A DNA stretch of 64,000 nt from an uncultured Spirochaetota bacterium (lineage in GTDB: Bacteria > Spirochaetota > Brevinematia > Brevinematales > JAOACQ01): contig CAVYGN010000001.1 in NCBI GenBank assembly GCA_963768055.1, positions 1,600,001 to 1,664,000 of the forward strand, written 5' to 3'. Below, in pieces: positions 20,361 through 30,884 of this stretch. The stretch's first letter is position 1. Every line of letters starts with the position of its first letter. Below the pieces are notes generated by a model, which was not told the DNA's origin, did not search any database, and saw nothing but the letters and a program-made list of their open reading frames with translations. A program made the translations under genes and the position numbers.

Positions 20361-21638
20361 ATGATTTCAAGCGAAAAATCACGGTTAATTGAAATATCAG
20401 CGTTTTTACTTTTATTCATATTATTGTTCATCATATTCTCAAGGGGGCTCTTCGAATTCCTGACAGGTTCGAAGCAGGCCGCTTTCCTTGTTCAATTTAT
20501 TTCCACACTGGCCGTATTGATCTTCTCCGCTGTAATTTCAGGCTTTTCTATTAAAAATATAAAAGGCGCTTTCTTCTATTTCTTTATATCGTTTACTGCG
20601 GTTGTGGTAGTCAGCAGCATTATTACGCTGGTCAGGTTCGGGTTCGTTTATGAAATAGCTTTTTATTCGGCGGTCATGCTTTACCTTTTTTTTATTTTCT
20701 CTTTTTTCAGCATGGTATCAAGCCGGGAAATTATATGGATCGACAGGATAGCTTACAGCGTTCTTATTACAGGCATTATCCTCCTGGCGTTCGCACTATT
20801 TGAAACATCGATAGAACTGACAAAATTTCCCGGCGAGGCGATGTCGCTGGGCCTGCATGGCAATCTTTACAGGCCGGCTTCTTTTACCGGCAGTTATCTC
20901 CATTTTCCGATAATAATGCCCCTTTTCGGCGCGATCGTTCTTCGTTTCATCCGGCAAAAACGTCTGAAAATTTTCGGCCTGATATTCCTTATCGTTCCTT
21001 TTTTATATTTTTCCCGCTCCGGTATGGTGATCAGCGTATTTGCGCTTATCGGGTTCTTATCCGCAACTTTATTTAAAACGATCCGGAATAAAGCAAATTT
21101 GAAAATTATAATACCCTCTCTCTCGGCCATTCTCATTGCCGCAATTATAATATTATTTATACACCCTTTAAGGTCGTATATCGTTTCCATGATCGACCGT
21201 GTTCTCATTATTAACGACAAGGGCAACCTGACAAGATACTCCATATGGTCTTCTGCATTCCTGGCCTTTTCAAAAACCCATTATTTTTTCGGGGAATATA
21301 CCGGTTTTTCCAGCAATATCATCAATAATTTTTTCAATAACGGATCGATGCGCATTCCTTCGTCTGTAGGCGGCCTTGTCCTGGAATCCGGGTTTCTCGA
21401 ACTGCTTGTCAGCTACGGCCTTCTCGGAACTATAATATACTATGGCGGAATGATCCTCGCGATAGCGTCGAATATAAAAAGGGGGGAGATGCTTTTATCT
21501 TTAACAATGGCGGGAGCTGTCATCCAGACCCTGTTTTACCAGTCCGTAGAAATATTGCCTTTTATATTCTGCTTTTCAATTATCCAGTTTATGGCTAATT
21601 CTTCAGCTAAAATTCAAGTCGAGAGGAAAAATGCTTGA
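20361..21638 (+). CDS. O-antigen ligase/polymerase-like (Wzy/WaaL-like) membrane protein, paralog 1
   Basis: About 12 TM helices, RPASFTGS, FSRSG, RYSIW, ES...L..YGLLG pattern typical of the Wzy_C/WaaL class. Confidence 0.7.
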   Translation: MISSEKSRLIEISAFLLLFILLFIIFSRGLFEFLTGSKQAAFLVQFISTLAVLIFSAVISGFSIKNIKGAFFYFFISFTAVVVVSSIITLVRFGFVYEIAFYSAVMLYLFFIFSFFSMVSSREIIWIDRIAYSVLITGIILLAFALFETSIELTKFPGEAMSLGLHGNLYRPASFTGSYLHFPIIMPLFGAIVLRFIRQKRLKIFGLIFLIVPFLYFSRSGMVISVFALIGFLSATLFKTIRNKANLKIIIPSLSAILIAAIIILFIHPLRSYIVSMIDRVLIINDKGNLTRYSIWSSAFLAFSKTHYFFGEYTGFSSNIINNFFNNGSMRIPSSVGGLVLESGFLELLVSYGLLGTIIYYGGMILAIASNIKRGEMLLSLTMAGAVIQTLFYQSVEILPFIFCFSIIQFMANSSAKIQVERKNA

Positions 21639-22990
21639 CTAATAATAAAACACAAATTTTTTTAAATTCTTTTCTTTTCCTTTTTTTGTTCGCCATCTTT
21701 TCAAGAGGGTTGATCGAATTCCTGACAGGATCGAAACAAACTGCTTTTATAATTCAATTTGCGGCGCTCCTTGGGGTTCTCATCTTCCTTGTAGTAATTT
21801 CGCATATCGAGATAATTGGCTTCAACAGGCTGTATTTAATTATTTTCATCGGTTTTACCCTGGTTGCGGTTATAAGTGGTATTATAACGGATCTTCGCTT
21901 TCATTATTTCAGGGAAATATTTCTATTTTCAGGGGTAATAATTTTCCTTTATTTCATTTTCCTGTTTTTAAATGTAATTTCAACCGGTGAGGAATGGCCC
22001 GGACGGATAGCTTGCTGCCTTTTCATAGCCGGGATCATACTCGCCTCTTTCGCCTGCGCAGAATGGCTTGTCAAGTTCATCTATTTCAGGGACACCCAAT
22101 TCGCGGACTGGCTTACAACTTCGACATTTTTCAGCCATGGAAAGACTCTTTCCCTGCCGGCATATTATTACATGTCGATACCGGGTAAAGGCACGGTGCA
22201 TGTAGGCCATCTATGGCTTGCCCGTCCAGCCTCTTTAATTGGCAGCTACCTCCACTTCCCTATCATATTGCCGCTTATCGGCGTAATAACCTACCGGTTT
22301 ATAGCTAAAAGATATGCCCGTATAATATCACTTATTTTTATAATCGTACCTTTTCTATTATTTTCCCGTTCCGGAATAATAATAAGTTCCTTTGCCCTTC
22401 TAGGCCTTATAATCAGCCGGGTTAATAAAATGCATATTAATTTCAGCAGGCTGGTTAAAATTTCAATTATATCCCTGGCGGCGATCGCGATTTTTTCTGC
22501 CCTCTTTATGCTGATCAATCCTGTGAGAACATATGTTATATCATTGATCGCCCGAATATTCAATTTCAGCGATATCGGAAATACGGTCAGGTATTCCATT
22601 TGGTCGACAGCTTTAAGGGTTTTGTCAAAAACAAACCTGGTTTTTGGGGAATTCACTGGTTTTTCAAGCAATATAATCAAAAATTTTTTTAACAACGGGG
22701 CGATGGCCGTTGAATCTCCTCTCGCAACGACCACCCTCGAATCGGGGCTTCTTGAAATCCTAACAAGTTTCGGACTGCTGGGCGCTCTTCTCTATTATGC
22801 CGGTTTAATGCTGCCCGTATATGAAAATTTTAAAAAGAGTGAAATCTTTATAGTTTTTACTATGATCGGGGTCATTATCGAGACGCTTTTTTATCAATCC
22901 GTCGAGATATTGCCTTTCGTTTTCATTCTGTCGTTAATGCTTTTCCTGGTCAAGTCCGCGATCCCTTCGAAGATTCAAAAAAACTTATAA
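21635..22990 (+). CDS. O-antigen ligase/polymerase-like membrane protein, paralog 2
   Basis: Shares long motifs with the upstream gene (EFLTGSKQ, GSYLHFPII, TGFSSNII, TLFYQSVEILPF). Confidence 0.7.
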   Translation: MTNNKTQIFLNSFLFLFLFAIFSRGLIEFLTGSKQTAFIIQFAALLGVLIFLVVISHIEIIGFNRLYLIIFIGFTLVAVISGIITDLRFHYFREIFLFSGVIIFLYFIFLFLNVISTGEEWPGRIACCLFIAGIILASFACAEWLVKFIYFRDTQFADWLTTSTFFSHGKTLSLPAYYYMSIPGKGTVHVGHLWLARPASLIGSYLHFPIILPLIGVITYRFIAKRYARIISLIFIIVPFLLFSRSGIIISSFALLGLIISRVNKMHINFSRLVKISIISLAAIAIFSALFMLINPVRTYVISLIARIFNFSDIGNTVRYSIWSTALRVLSKTNLVFGEFTGFSSNIIKNFFNNGAMAVESPLATTTLESGLLEILTSFGLLGALLYYAGLMLPVYENFKKSEIFIVFTMIGVIIETLFYQSVEILPFVFILSLMLFLVKSAIPSKIQKNL

Positions 22991-24041
22991 TGGCCTTAAT
23001 GAAATCGTCCTTTCCGTCCGCAACGATAAGCCTTCCCATGTCGGGAATTCCTTCGGCCCCCACGCTTGTAGTTATTACAGGAAGGCCCGCTTCCAGGCAT
23101 TCGAGGACCTTTACCTTTATGCCGGCGCCCAGGCGCAGGGGCACTACGGCCGCTTCGGCTTTCTCGAAATACTCGAGCGGATTTTCGACAAAACCCGTTA
23201 CTTCGATGTTTTTCGAGCCTAGCTTTTTTATATTTTCAGGCGGGTTAGCCCCGGCTATATATAATTTCGAATCGGGAAATTTATCGAGGATAGCCGGGAA
23301 TATTTCTTCCGTAAACCATAAAACCGCGTCCCTGTTTTCAGGCCTGTTCATAGCTCCCCAATACAAAAGGCTGTGCTTCTCGATCCTGTCCCTGTTTGTT
23401 TTTTTAAAGATCGAGTCGACATAGGGTTGTATCAATTCTATTTTATTTTCCGGTATACCGTCGTCCAGGAGTATTGCCTTGTCCTTGTCATTGTGAAGAA
23501 TTATTTCATCCATTTTCCCTATAACGCCGAGTTCCCATTTTTTTTGCCTTCCGTATTCCAGGGAATACAGGATCCTTAAAAGCCCTTTTTTCAGGAGTTT
23601 GCGCCTTTCGTAGGACTGGTATGTCAGGTCATGCTCGCTGTAAACGGTTCTAACCTTGCCGGTAATGTATTGCCTGTAATACCCGGACGCTGTAAACTCG
23701 AAATGGACTGTCCTGAAGTTAATTCTCTCCTGTAATTCCCTTATTTTACCGGCTGCCCTGATATTTGCTCTTGAAGCGGTCCTTAAAGGCAGAGAGGGGT
23801 GAAGGATTATACCCCTGATCCTCGAGAACAGGCTAACAGGAAACAGGAAAAATTCCCTGCAGAATGCATAATCGTCCCTGCAGAAATATTTTTTTTCAAG
23901 ATCGTTCATGAAAAATACCGCGGTAATATTATAATCCATGCTCAAGCCGCTCAGTATCGAATAAGCTGTTTTGTGTCCCGCCTGGGGCACCCGGAGCGAC
24001 GGCAGGTGGGTCGAAATATAGAGAAGATCGGGTTTTATCAA
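22950..24041 (-). CDS. Family 4 glycosyltransferase
   Basis: VVPLRLGAGIKVKVLE...GLPVITTSVGAEG. Likely TTG start at 24041 overlapping the upstream stop, with a purine-rich RBS. Confidence 0.88.
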   Translation of the reverse strand: MIKPDLLYISTHLPSLRVPQAGHKTAYSILSGLSMDYNITAVFFMNDLEKKYFCRDDYAFCREFFLFPVSLFSRIRGIILHPSLPLRTASRANIRAAGKIRELQERINFRTVHFEFTASGYYRQYITGKVRTVYSEHDLTYQSYERRKLLKKGLLRILYSLEYGRQKKWELGVIGKMDEIILHNDKDKAILLDDGIPENKIELIQPYVDSIFKKTNRDRIEKHSLLYWGAMNRPENRDAVLWFTEEIFPAILDKFPDSKLYIAGANPPENIKKLGSKNIEVTGFVENPLEYFEKAEAAVVPLRLGAGIKVKVLECLEAGLPVITTSVGAEGIPDMGRLIVADGKDDFIKAIISFFESSKGSRT

Positions 24042-25090
24042 GATTCCCCCTTCCCGGCCGCGACCGAGCTGATCAGATCCAGCCATTCCTCTCTGAATTT
24101 CTTATATGAATAATATTTTTCAGCGTATTGCCTGGATTTTACTGAAAATTCATCGTATCCATGCATGATCAGCTCTATGCGTTTAATATATTCCTCCGGC
24201 GCGCTTTCATCCCATCCATGCACGACAAATTCCGGTATAAACACTTTCAAATGCGCTCCTATTCCGACATCGCTCATAACTACAGGTGTACCGCATGCCA
24301 TCGCCTCGAGGGGCACGAGCCCGAAGGATTCGAACCTGCTGGGGAATAATACAAGGCTGTACCGGTTGTATAATTTTATTAATTCATCGGTCTTTACAGT
24401 CCCGAGATAACCCAGTTTTTCATCACCTTTTTTATTTGTAACACAATCTATCGATACGCCTAAACCCGCCAGTTTTTCAAGAATATCGAACCCTTTCCCG
24501 TAATAATCGTAACGCCCGACAAACAGGCACCGCCCGTTTTTAACAACCCCGGGGTCTTTTTTGAATTTATCGGTATTTACGCAGTTATAGATCACCCTGT
24601 CTACATGAATACCGCCCTTTTCCAGGAAAGTTTTTACAAAATCCGAAACACAGACCACGAATTTTCCCCTTGAGCTGTAATACTCAAGGAGGGTGCCGCG
24701 GATAAACGCCAGCCTCTTTTTAATACTTTTATCCATGCCTGGATAGTTTTCCCTGTAGCCGTATGAGGAGAAATGAAAAAGGTCAATAGCGGCAGGGTGG
24801 CGGACGCCGAACCCGTACATACCCGAAGCGATTACAAGGTCGTATTTTTTCGATCTCGCCGCCTCCCTGAAAACCCTCATCGTAGCATAAGGTTCTCCTA
24901 TAACCAGGCGCAGAAAGGGGTTTATCCGGAGCTTGAGGCCGGCTGCGTCATCAATGCCCCAGATATCGACATGATGCCCTTCTCCCTTTAAAATTGAAGA
25001 AAGCATATTCTGTATCGTTTCCGCCCCGCCGGTTATGCCGGCACCTTCATCGGGAAATCTGTTATAGCGTGTGATAATTGCGATATTCAT
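24038..25090 (-). CDS. Family 4 glycosyltransferase
   Basis: FVGR...KG, PSRFESFGLVPLEAMACGTPVV (EX7E) motifs. Confidence 0.92.
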   Translation of the reverse strand: MNIAIITRYNRFPDEGAGITGGAETIQNMLSSILKGEGHHVDIWGIDDAAGLKLRINPFLRLVIGEPYATMRVFREAARSKKYDLVIASGMYGFGVRHPAAIDLFHFSSYGYRENYPGMDKSIKKRLAFIRGTLLEYYSSRGKFVVCVSDFVKTFLEKGGIHVDRVIYNCVNTDKFKKDPGVVKNGRCLFVGRYDYYGKGFDILEKLAGLGVSIDCVTNKKGDEKLGYLGTVKTDELIKLYNRYSLVLFPSRFESFGLVPLEAMACGTPVVMSDVGIGAHLKVFIPEFVVHGWDESAPEEYIKRIELIMHGYDEFSVKSRQYAEKYYSYKKFREEWLDLISSVAAGKGES

Positions 25091-26097
25091 AAACGCGCCT
25101 TCATGCGCTTATTACGGATAATTTTTTTAACGGAAAAAGCTAAAAATGAAAGGTTTTGATATAAACCCCTTTTTGTAAAGGGGAAAAACCTGTATTCTTT
25201 TAAAGACGCTTTTTTGTTTTTAAGGAAAACGGGCCTGTTGTTTTTTATAAAAGAATTGTAGGCGGCTGTAAGATAACCGTCCGCCTTATTTTTCCGGTAA
25301 TCGGTATTATCGATATATCCGCTAAGGCCCGGGCTGCTTTTTAAAAAATCATCCATAACTTTAAAAAAAGCAGGTAAATCTTCGCTTCTTTCCCAATATG
25401 AAGAACCCTGTCCGGCCGTTCTTCTATAGTTTAATAAAGGCTCGTCGATAATCGCCATTGAATAACCCTTGTTCATAATCTTAAGCCATAATTCAAGGTC
25501 TTCATTGGATGGATAATTGTTGGTAAAACCTCCCGACTGTTCAAAAATATTTTTACGGGTCATAAAACTCGGGCAGGCGAAAAAATTTCCCGTTTTAATC
25601 AAAAAAGGGAGGTAATCGTTTAAATATCCCTGAAAACAGCCTAATTCACGGTTCAGCAAACCCGATCTTTCAAGGCCGCGGTAAATGGACGGACAACGAA
25701 AAGACGCCGGGTATTCCCCGTAAAATTCCCTGAACCTGGTAAAAACACCCCCTGAGTCCGGAATTCTGTCAAGAATAAATTTCTCCCTTTCAACAATACC
25801 GGGTTCGTAGATATCATCGGCGTGATAGACCGCTATAAAACCTGAACCTGCATGCCGGACGGCTTCGCTGATATTCCTTACATATCCTATATTATCCGTG
25901 TTTTTAAAATACCTGATCCTTTTGTCTTTCCTTTCAAATTCGGAGATTATCCCCGCCGTGCCGTCGGTCGAGTCGTTATCGCTGATAATAATTTCAATAT
26001 TCCCGTAGGTTTGCTCCAGGAGGCTTGACAGCGTCTTTCCTATATATCTCCCGGCATTGTATGCCGGTATGCAGACCGAGACCAGATCTTCTTTCAT
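25087..26097 (-). CDS. Family 2 glycosyltransferase
   Basis: VSVCIPAYN, SDNDSTD, HADD, EDLELW motifs. Confidence 0.9.
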   Translation of the reverse strand: MKEDLVSVCIPAYNAGRYIGKTLSSLLEQTYGNIEIIISDNDSTDGTAGIISEFERKDKRIRYFKNTDNIGYVRNISEAVRHAGSGFIAVYHADDIYEPGIVEREKFILDRIPDSGGVFTRFREFYGEYPASFRCPSIYRGLERSGLLNRELGCFQGYLNDYLPFLIKTGNFFACPSFMTRKNIFEQSGGFTNNYPSNEDLELWLKIMNKGYSMAIIDEPLLNYRRTAGQGSSYWERSEDLPAFFKVMDDFLKSSPGLSGYIDNTDYRKNKADGYLTAAYNSFIKNNRPVFLKNKKASLKEYRFFPFTKRGLYQNLSFLAFSVKKIIRNKRMKARL

Positions 26098-27653
26098 TAT
26101 AAAAATTTACTCCGTATAGCTTTGAATTGGGCGAATATGTATTCCTTCAGCTCCCGGGGGATAAACAGGTAGCTTAAGAATATATAAGCCGACAGGATTA
26201 CTAATCCGCCGCCCAGGCGGAGCAATACTAAATTTACCTGAAGCTGAAGGGCCAATCCCAGCGCTATGAGCGGTATGATAACAAGAAACAAATGCCTGGC
26301 GATCGCTCCTACGTCATATTTTAACATGGATCCGCTGCTTTTAGCCAGTATAAGGGGGGACAGCCATGTCTGGGCGCAGAGGGACCCGAGAATGCCCCCC
26401 ATGGCCACACCGGCAAGCCCGAACCACTTTGACAGCAAAATAGCTGCTCCTATATGTATCAGTGCGTCCATCCATCCCATAAGATAAAAATATTTCGTAT
26501 AATTGAACGATATGATAAGGAAATTATTAAGGTTGACCATCGTTGAAAGATAGCAGAAAAAGCCGAAGATGAAAACTATCGGTAATCCTGCGTATCCGTC
26601 TTTCCCGACCCACCAGAGAACAAAATCCTTGACGAACAGGACCCCTCCGAGCCACATCATTCCCCCTATCAGCATCGCGAAAAATTGAAAATTCCTGTAT
26701 GTTTTATTCAGCCAGGCCCAGTTATGATTACCGAACTCCTTGCCCAGTATCGGGGCGAGCGAACCGTAGAACATCGTACCAATGTTTATCATGATGCTGA
26801 AAAGCTTGAAGGTTATCGAATATGGGGTCACTTTGCCGACCGACATCAGATTCGAAATGATGAAATTATCGACGCTGTTAATAACCAGCGAAGCGAAACC
26901 GAAAACAGTCAGTCGTATCCCGGTAGTGATTATACTTCTATACCTCAAATCCTCCGGGGAAAGCGAGGCAGGCTGAATATCCATGGCCTTCGTTTCAGTC
27001 TCCCTTCCCTTCCTGTAGACAAAGATATAAAAATAGAGCAGTTTCACAATATTTAAAAAGAGTGTAATCAATCCTATGCATAACGCGAAAGTCACCAGGG
27101 TCCCACGGAAATATATGACAAGACACATAGCGATGAGATTTATAAAACTCCCGAAGATCCTGAACAGGTTGTCGATGTAAAGCTTCTGGAATCCTGAAAA
27201 AGCGGACGATACCAGCGCAAAAGGCCAGTTAATAAAATAGAATGCCGCGAACACAAGGACCGATACATATGTTTCCTGAATCATTTCCGGCGGGATTTTT
27301 CCGAGCAGGTTTATCCATCCTTTATAATACAGATTGACAAGGAAAAAAATCAGGGAACTTACCATAATTGCTATTAAAAGCATAAAAGCAGAGCGCTTCA
27401 AAATTTTAATCTTATGCTTAAATTCCGGATTTTTAGCCATAAGTATCGAAGCCGAAGTCTCAATACCGAGGCTCGAAATGCCCAGATAAAAAACCACCGA
27501 TGTTATAAGCGCCCAGATACCATATTTTTCAACCTTCCAGTATGAAAGGCTTAACGGGGGCAGTATAAACCCCGCAATGATTGCAGAGAATGTTGCACCG
27601 TAGTTCGAAATAAGATTGAATAAATAATTTGTTTTATTGCCTTTCATTTTCAA
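26097..27653 (-). CDS. wzx: Wzx-type oligosaccharide flippase (MOP family)
   Basis: About 13 TM helices; YGIWAL, DNFIIS, FGLAGVA motifs; located in the GT operon. Confidence 0.85.
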   Translation of the reverse strand: MKMKGNKTNYLFNLISNYGATFSAIIAGFILPPLSLSYWKVEKYGIWALITSVVFYLGISSLGIETSASILMAKNPEFKHKIKILKRSAFMLLIAIMVSSLIFFLVNLYYKGWINLLGKIPPEMIQETYVSVLVFAAFYFINWPFALVSSAFSGFQKLYIDNLFRIFGSFINLIAMCLVIYFRGTLVTFALCIGLITLFLNIVKLLYFYIFVYRKGRETETKAMDIQPASLSPEDLRYRSIITTGIRLTVFGFASLVINSVDNFIISNLMSVGKVTPYSITFKLFSIMINIGTMFYGSLAPILGKEFGNHNWAWLNKTYRNFQFFAMLIGGMMWLGGVLFVKDFVLWWVGKDGYAGLPIVFIFGFFCYLSTMVNLNNFLIISFNYTKYFYLMGWMDALIHIGAAILLSKWFGLAGVAMGGILGSLCAQTWLSPLILAKSSGSMLKYDVGAIARHLFLVIIPLIALGLALQLQVNLVLLRLGGGLVILSAYIFLSYLFIPRELKEYIFAQFKAIRSKFL

Positions 27654-28656
27654 TGCCTAAATTTTTTATAATAAGCTCGATAAAAGCTTCGGCTGAAAAG
27701 GGCCTGATTTTATCACTGTTTACGAAGTCCCTTATGCTTGAAAGGTACCCCTCATATTCGGAGGGCAGCATTCCTTTCATATAACTATAAAGTTCTTCAT
27801 AGGTCTTGAAATTCCTTTTATCTATAAATGTGCCGGGAGGGATAAAATCTAAAACATTTGGGGCTCCTAAATAAACCGGAACGCACTGTGCGAAGAAGCA
27901 GTCGAATATCTTTTCAGTGATATAGCCGGGGATGTCCCTTGCGTTTTCATAGCATATCGAAAAATAATATTTCTCCAGCACATTTTTTTTATTCGGTATT
28001 CTTCCCCTGTAGCTGCTGTAACCCCTGTAAAAGATCCTCCTGAGCGTCTCGAAACGGTTGAGCCTCCCTAACGGCCTCGTGAATGTCCTCCTGTCCCAGC
28101 CTATGCCGTAAAGGTCGAATTCCTCAGGATGGTTCGATTCGTACCACCGAATTGCCTTATCACGTTCGGAATAGAGTTCGCGCGGATCGCTGTTCTTTTT
28201 ATTGCCGGCGATCATCGTGCAGAATTTTTCTTTCCGGCCATCAGGGGGTAACAGCTTCTCAGGCACCCTGACGGAGAGCCGGAATTTAAAATATTTAACA
28301 TTGTCGACCCAGTCATCCCTGTATGTAAAAACCTTTTTAAAATAACGGTGGTTATTCCTGTCGGCGTTCGCCGGGTATACGATTTCCACCTCGGTTAAAA
28401 AGAGGTAAAGGTCTTTCATGCCGCTCAATTTGGCGAGGTCTATCCGGGGGGAGCCGGGATAATCGATAAATATGATGCTGTCGAAATCTTCGGGAGGAAA
28501 CATATCAATCGTATCGATCTCAATTCCCCTGTCATTAAGCGACTGCTTCAGAAGGATCAGAGGATAACCTATTTCATCCCCGATAGAGTAAGCCGCCGGG
28601 TCGAATATCCTGTTTTCCGCGAAATTCTCATAATTGTTCCATATACCTATATGCAT
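27634..28656 (-). CDS. Family 10 glycosyltransferase (alpha-1,3/4-fucosyltransferase-like)
   Basis: Y.FSICYEN...GYITEKIFD...VPVYLG GT10 motif. Confidence 0.88.
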   Translation of the reverse strand: MHIGIWNNYENFAENRIFDPAAYSIGDEIGYPLILLKQSLNDRGIEIDTIDMFPPEDFDSIIFIDYPGSPRIDLAKLSGMKDLYLFLTEVEIVYPANADRNNHRYFKKVFTYRDDWVDNVKYFKFRLSVRVPEKLLPPDGRKEKFCTMIAGNKKNSDPRELYSERDKAIRWYESNHPEEFDLYGIGWDRRTFTRPLGRLNRFETLRRIFYRGYSSYRGRIPNKKNVLEKYYFSICYENARDIPGYITEKIFDCFFAQCVPVYLGAPNVLDFIPPGTFIDKRNFKTYEELYSYMKGMLPSEYEGYLSSIRDFVNSDKIRPFSAEAFIELIIKNLGIENERQ

Positions 28657-28664
28657 CTAAACCC

Positions 28665-30884
28665 CTATTTCAGCCTGTATAAGACCCTTCCCCTGTCGGG
28701 TCTGGAAAAATAATCGGTTTCCGTAATAACCGGTTTCTCCGGAATTACCGCCTGGCGAAGATCATCCCCCGCGACCCTGGCAAAGGGACCATTTTTATCT
28801 TCTAAAAAACCGATTGTTTTACTTTTGATCCTGCTCAAAACGGCAGTCCTGTCCCCCTGGATGGGACCGACTTCGATATAACGTATATTCTTATTTTTGA
28901 GAAATTCGATCCACTTTGCATAATCCGCCGGGTCCGGGATAAGGGGATAAACAGGTATATTCAATCTTTTCCCGTAGAGGGGATAGTATATATCGCAGAA
29001 TAAAAATCCGACCGATTCGTTTGTCCTTATATGTTCGTCGATGTATTGAGGGATCGAGCCGTAAAAAGCGAAACGGTGAACGTCCCTCTCCTTCTGTATA
29101 AAATAAACGGGTATTGCCAGGAAAATAACAAGTAAAACTATCCCTGATAAAAAAGGGATATATCTCTTGCCCTCTGAAATATCCTTCAAATAGCGTATTA
29201 TCGGGTTGTCGTAACAAAAGACCGCCCATAACGCGATCGCCAGGCCGGATATTGCCGCGTAGGGAACGGTTATAACCGCCAGATTGACAAAGATAGGCAG
29301 AAACATGCCGGGATTTTTATTTAATAAAGCCGTTAAACTGTTTATATCCGAAGAGAATACAAGGTTCCTGTTATACCGTATGGTATCTACAATGATAATA
29401 TTGAACAGCCCTGCAAGGACGCATAAGGCGGTAAGTGAGATTATTACCGGTTTTTTAATTTTCAGCCTGAATAAGGCTATTCCCGAGAGCACGCATAAAG
29501 CCGACATAAAAGGGAATGCGTACCGGAAAGCGAAACCGATCCATTGCGTCAGTGGATTATCGGCTGAAAACGGCGTGTTCCAGTATAGAAACACGGCGGC
29601 AAGGGAAAGGGCTGAAAAAAACAGAATAGAACCTCGCTGGAACCTGCCGGCCCTATTGAAAAATAGCAGTACGATCGAACCCAGGCTTAATACGGCGATC
29701 GCGAGGAAGGGAAGCTGGAGCCTTTTAATTATCTCTATACCGATGATTTTCCAGTGCAGAGGATTCCCCCAGTTGAAGAGATGGATCAGGGTAAGGTAGG
29801 ATAGATCCCCGGCGCTGACACTGCCCGGGAACACTGTTTTGCCGAACAGGCTGATTTTAACGAAAGCCAGGGGATTACCCGTATCGATAAGGTTTTTAAA
29901 ATACCAGAAAAACCCTATAAAAGGACTGGAGACGATAAAAAGGGCCAGGACGGGGATTGAAAATGAAACCGACCCGTATTTTTTTGTAACTAAATTAATA
30001 ATGATCACTGCAAGAAGCAGGACAAAAAGCAGGAACCCGTAAGGCAGCCCGGAAGCCTTGATCCCCAGGATCATTATTATTGAAAAAAACGTCATCAGGA
30101 CGCAATTTACATTGCTGGTTTTGTAATGGAGATAGACAAAATAAACTCCGGCCATGAAAAAAGCCGCAAAAGCCAGGTCGATATGAAAGGTGTTTACAGT
30201 ATTAAGGATCTCAGGTATTGATAGAAGCAGAATGGATGAAGAAATGCAGATGAATTTCCCCGCCCCCGCCTCCCTCAATATAAGATATACACTGAGTCCC
30301 AGAATAGCCCAGGAAATCAGGTTGGGCATGGCGGCGAACATGTCGCTGCCGAAGGGGAGGATGAAAAGCGAGCAGAGGACCTCCCAGTTATAGGGATATG
30401 GAATCTGAAGATGCCCCCACAGGGAGCCGCTCTGGTACCACGAAACTATCGCGGGAAGGTGAAAAGCCAGCGTATCGCTGTCGCCTGCGGGATACAACGA
30501 TAATTTTAATAAAAGCGAAGCGGATGCGATTAATATAAACAGTATCGGGAATTTTTTTTTGCCCTTCAAACCCGGAATTGTAAATTTTTTCGGGTGCAGC
30601 CGCAGACCGTTTTCATATAAAAGGAACGATCCTGCAAAAAAGAGCAAGAGCTCTGTCAAAGTCACCGCTGTTAAGTTAAACAAACCTGCTACGCCCAAAA
30701 TTATCCCGGTTAAGATCTCGAGGAGGCACCAGAAAAAAGCCAGGACCATCAGCCGGCTGGCAAAACCGTCGTTCGCCGTTCCGCGGGTCAGGCCGAGTGT
30801 AAAGAACAACGAAAGGGGGAGCGCGCCTGCCAGGATGGCTAAAAATAATAAAAGGGCCCGCAGTAAATGAAGGATTTCCATCAA
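28665..30884 (-). CDS. Large polytopic membrane protein, GT-C-like (lipid-phosphate-sugar dependent)
   Basis: Many TM helices, DSDTLAFHLP and YPYNWE loop, WYFKNLIDTGNP; directly after gtrA/gtrB-like genes. Confidence 0.6.
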   Translation of the reverse strand: MMEILHLLRALLLFLAILAGALPLSLFFTLGLTRGTANDGFASRLMVLAFFWCLLEILTGIILGVAGLFNLTAVTLTELLLFFAGSFLLYENGLRLHPKKFTIPGLKGKKKFPILFILIASASLLLKLSLYPAGDSDTLAFHLPAIVSWYQSGSLWGHLQIPYPYNWEVLCSLFILPFGSDMFAAMPNLISWAILGLSVYLILREAGAGKFICISSSILLLSIPEILNTVNTFHIDLAFAAFFMAGVYFVYLHYKTSNVNCVLMTFFSIIMILGIKASGLPYGFLLFVLLLAVIIINLVTKKYGSVSFSIPVLALFIVSSPFIGFFWYFKNLIDTGNPLAFVKISLFGKTVFPGSVSAGDLSYLTLIHLFNWGNPLHWKIIGIEIIKRLQLPFLAIAVLSLGSIVLLFFNRAGRFQRGSILFFSALSLAAVFLYWNTPFSADNPLTQWIGFAFRYAFPFMSALCVLSGIALFRLKIKKPVIISLTALCVLAGLFNIIIVDTIRYNRNLVFSSDINSLTALLNKNPGMFLPIFVNLAVITVPYAAISGLAIALWAVFCYDNPIIRYLKDISEGKRYIPFLSGIVLLVIFLAIPVYFIQKERDVHRFAFYGSIPQYIDEHIRTNESVGFLFCDIYYPLYGKRLNIPVYPLIPDPADYAKWIEFLKNKNIRYIEVGPIQGDRTAVLSRIKSKTIGFLEDKNGPFARVAGDDLRQAVIPEKPVITETDYFSRPDRGRVLYRLK

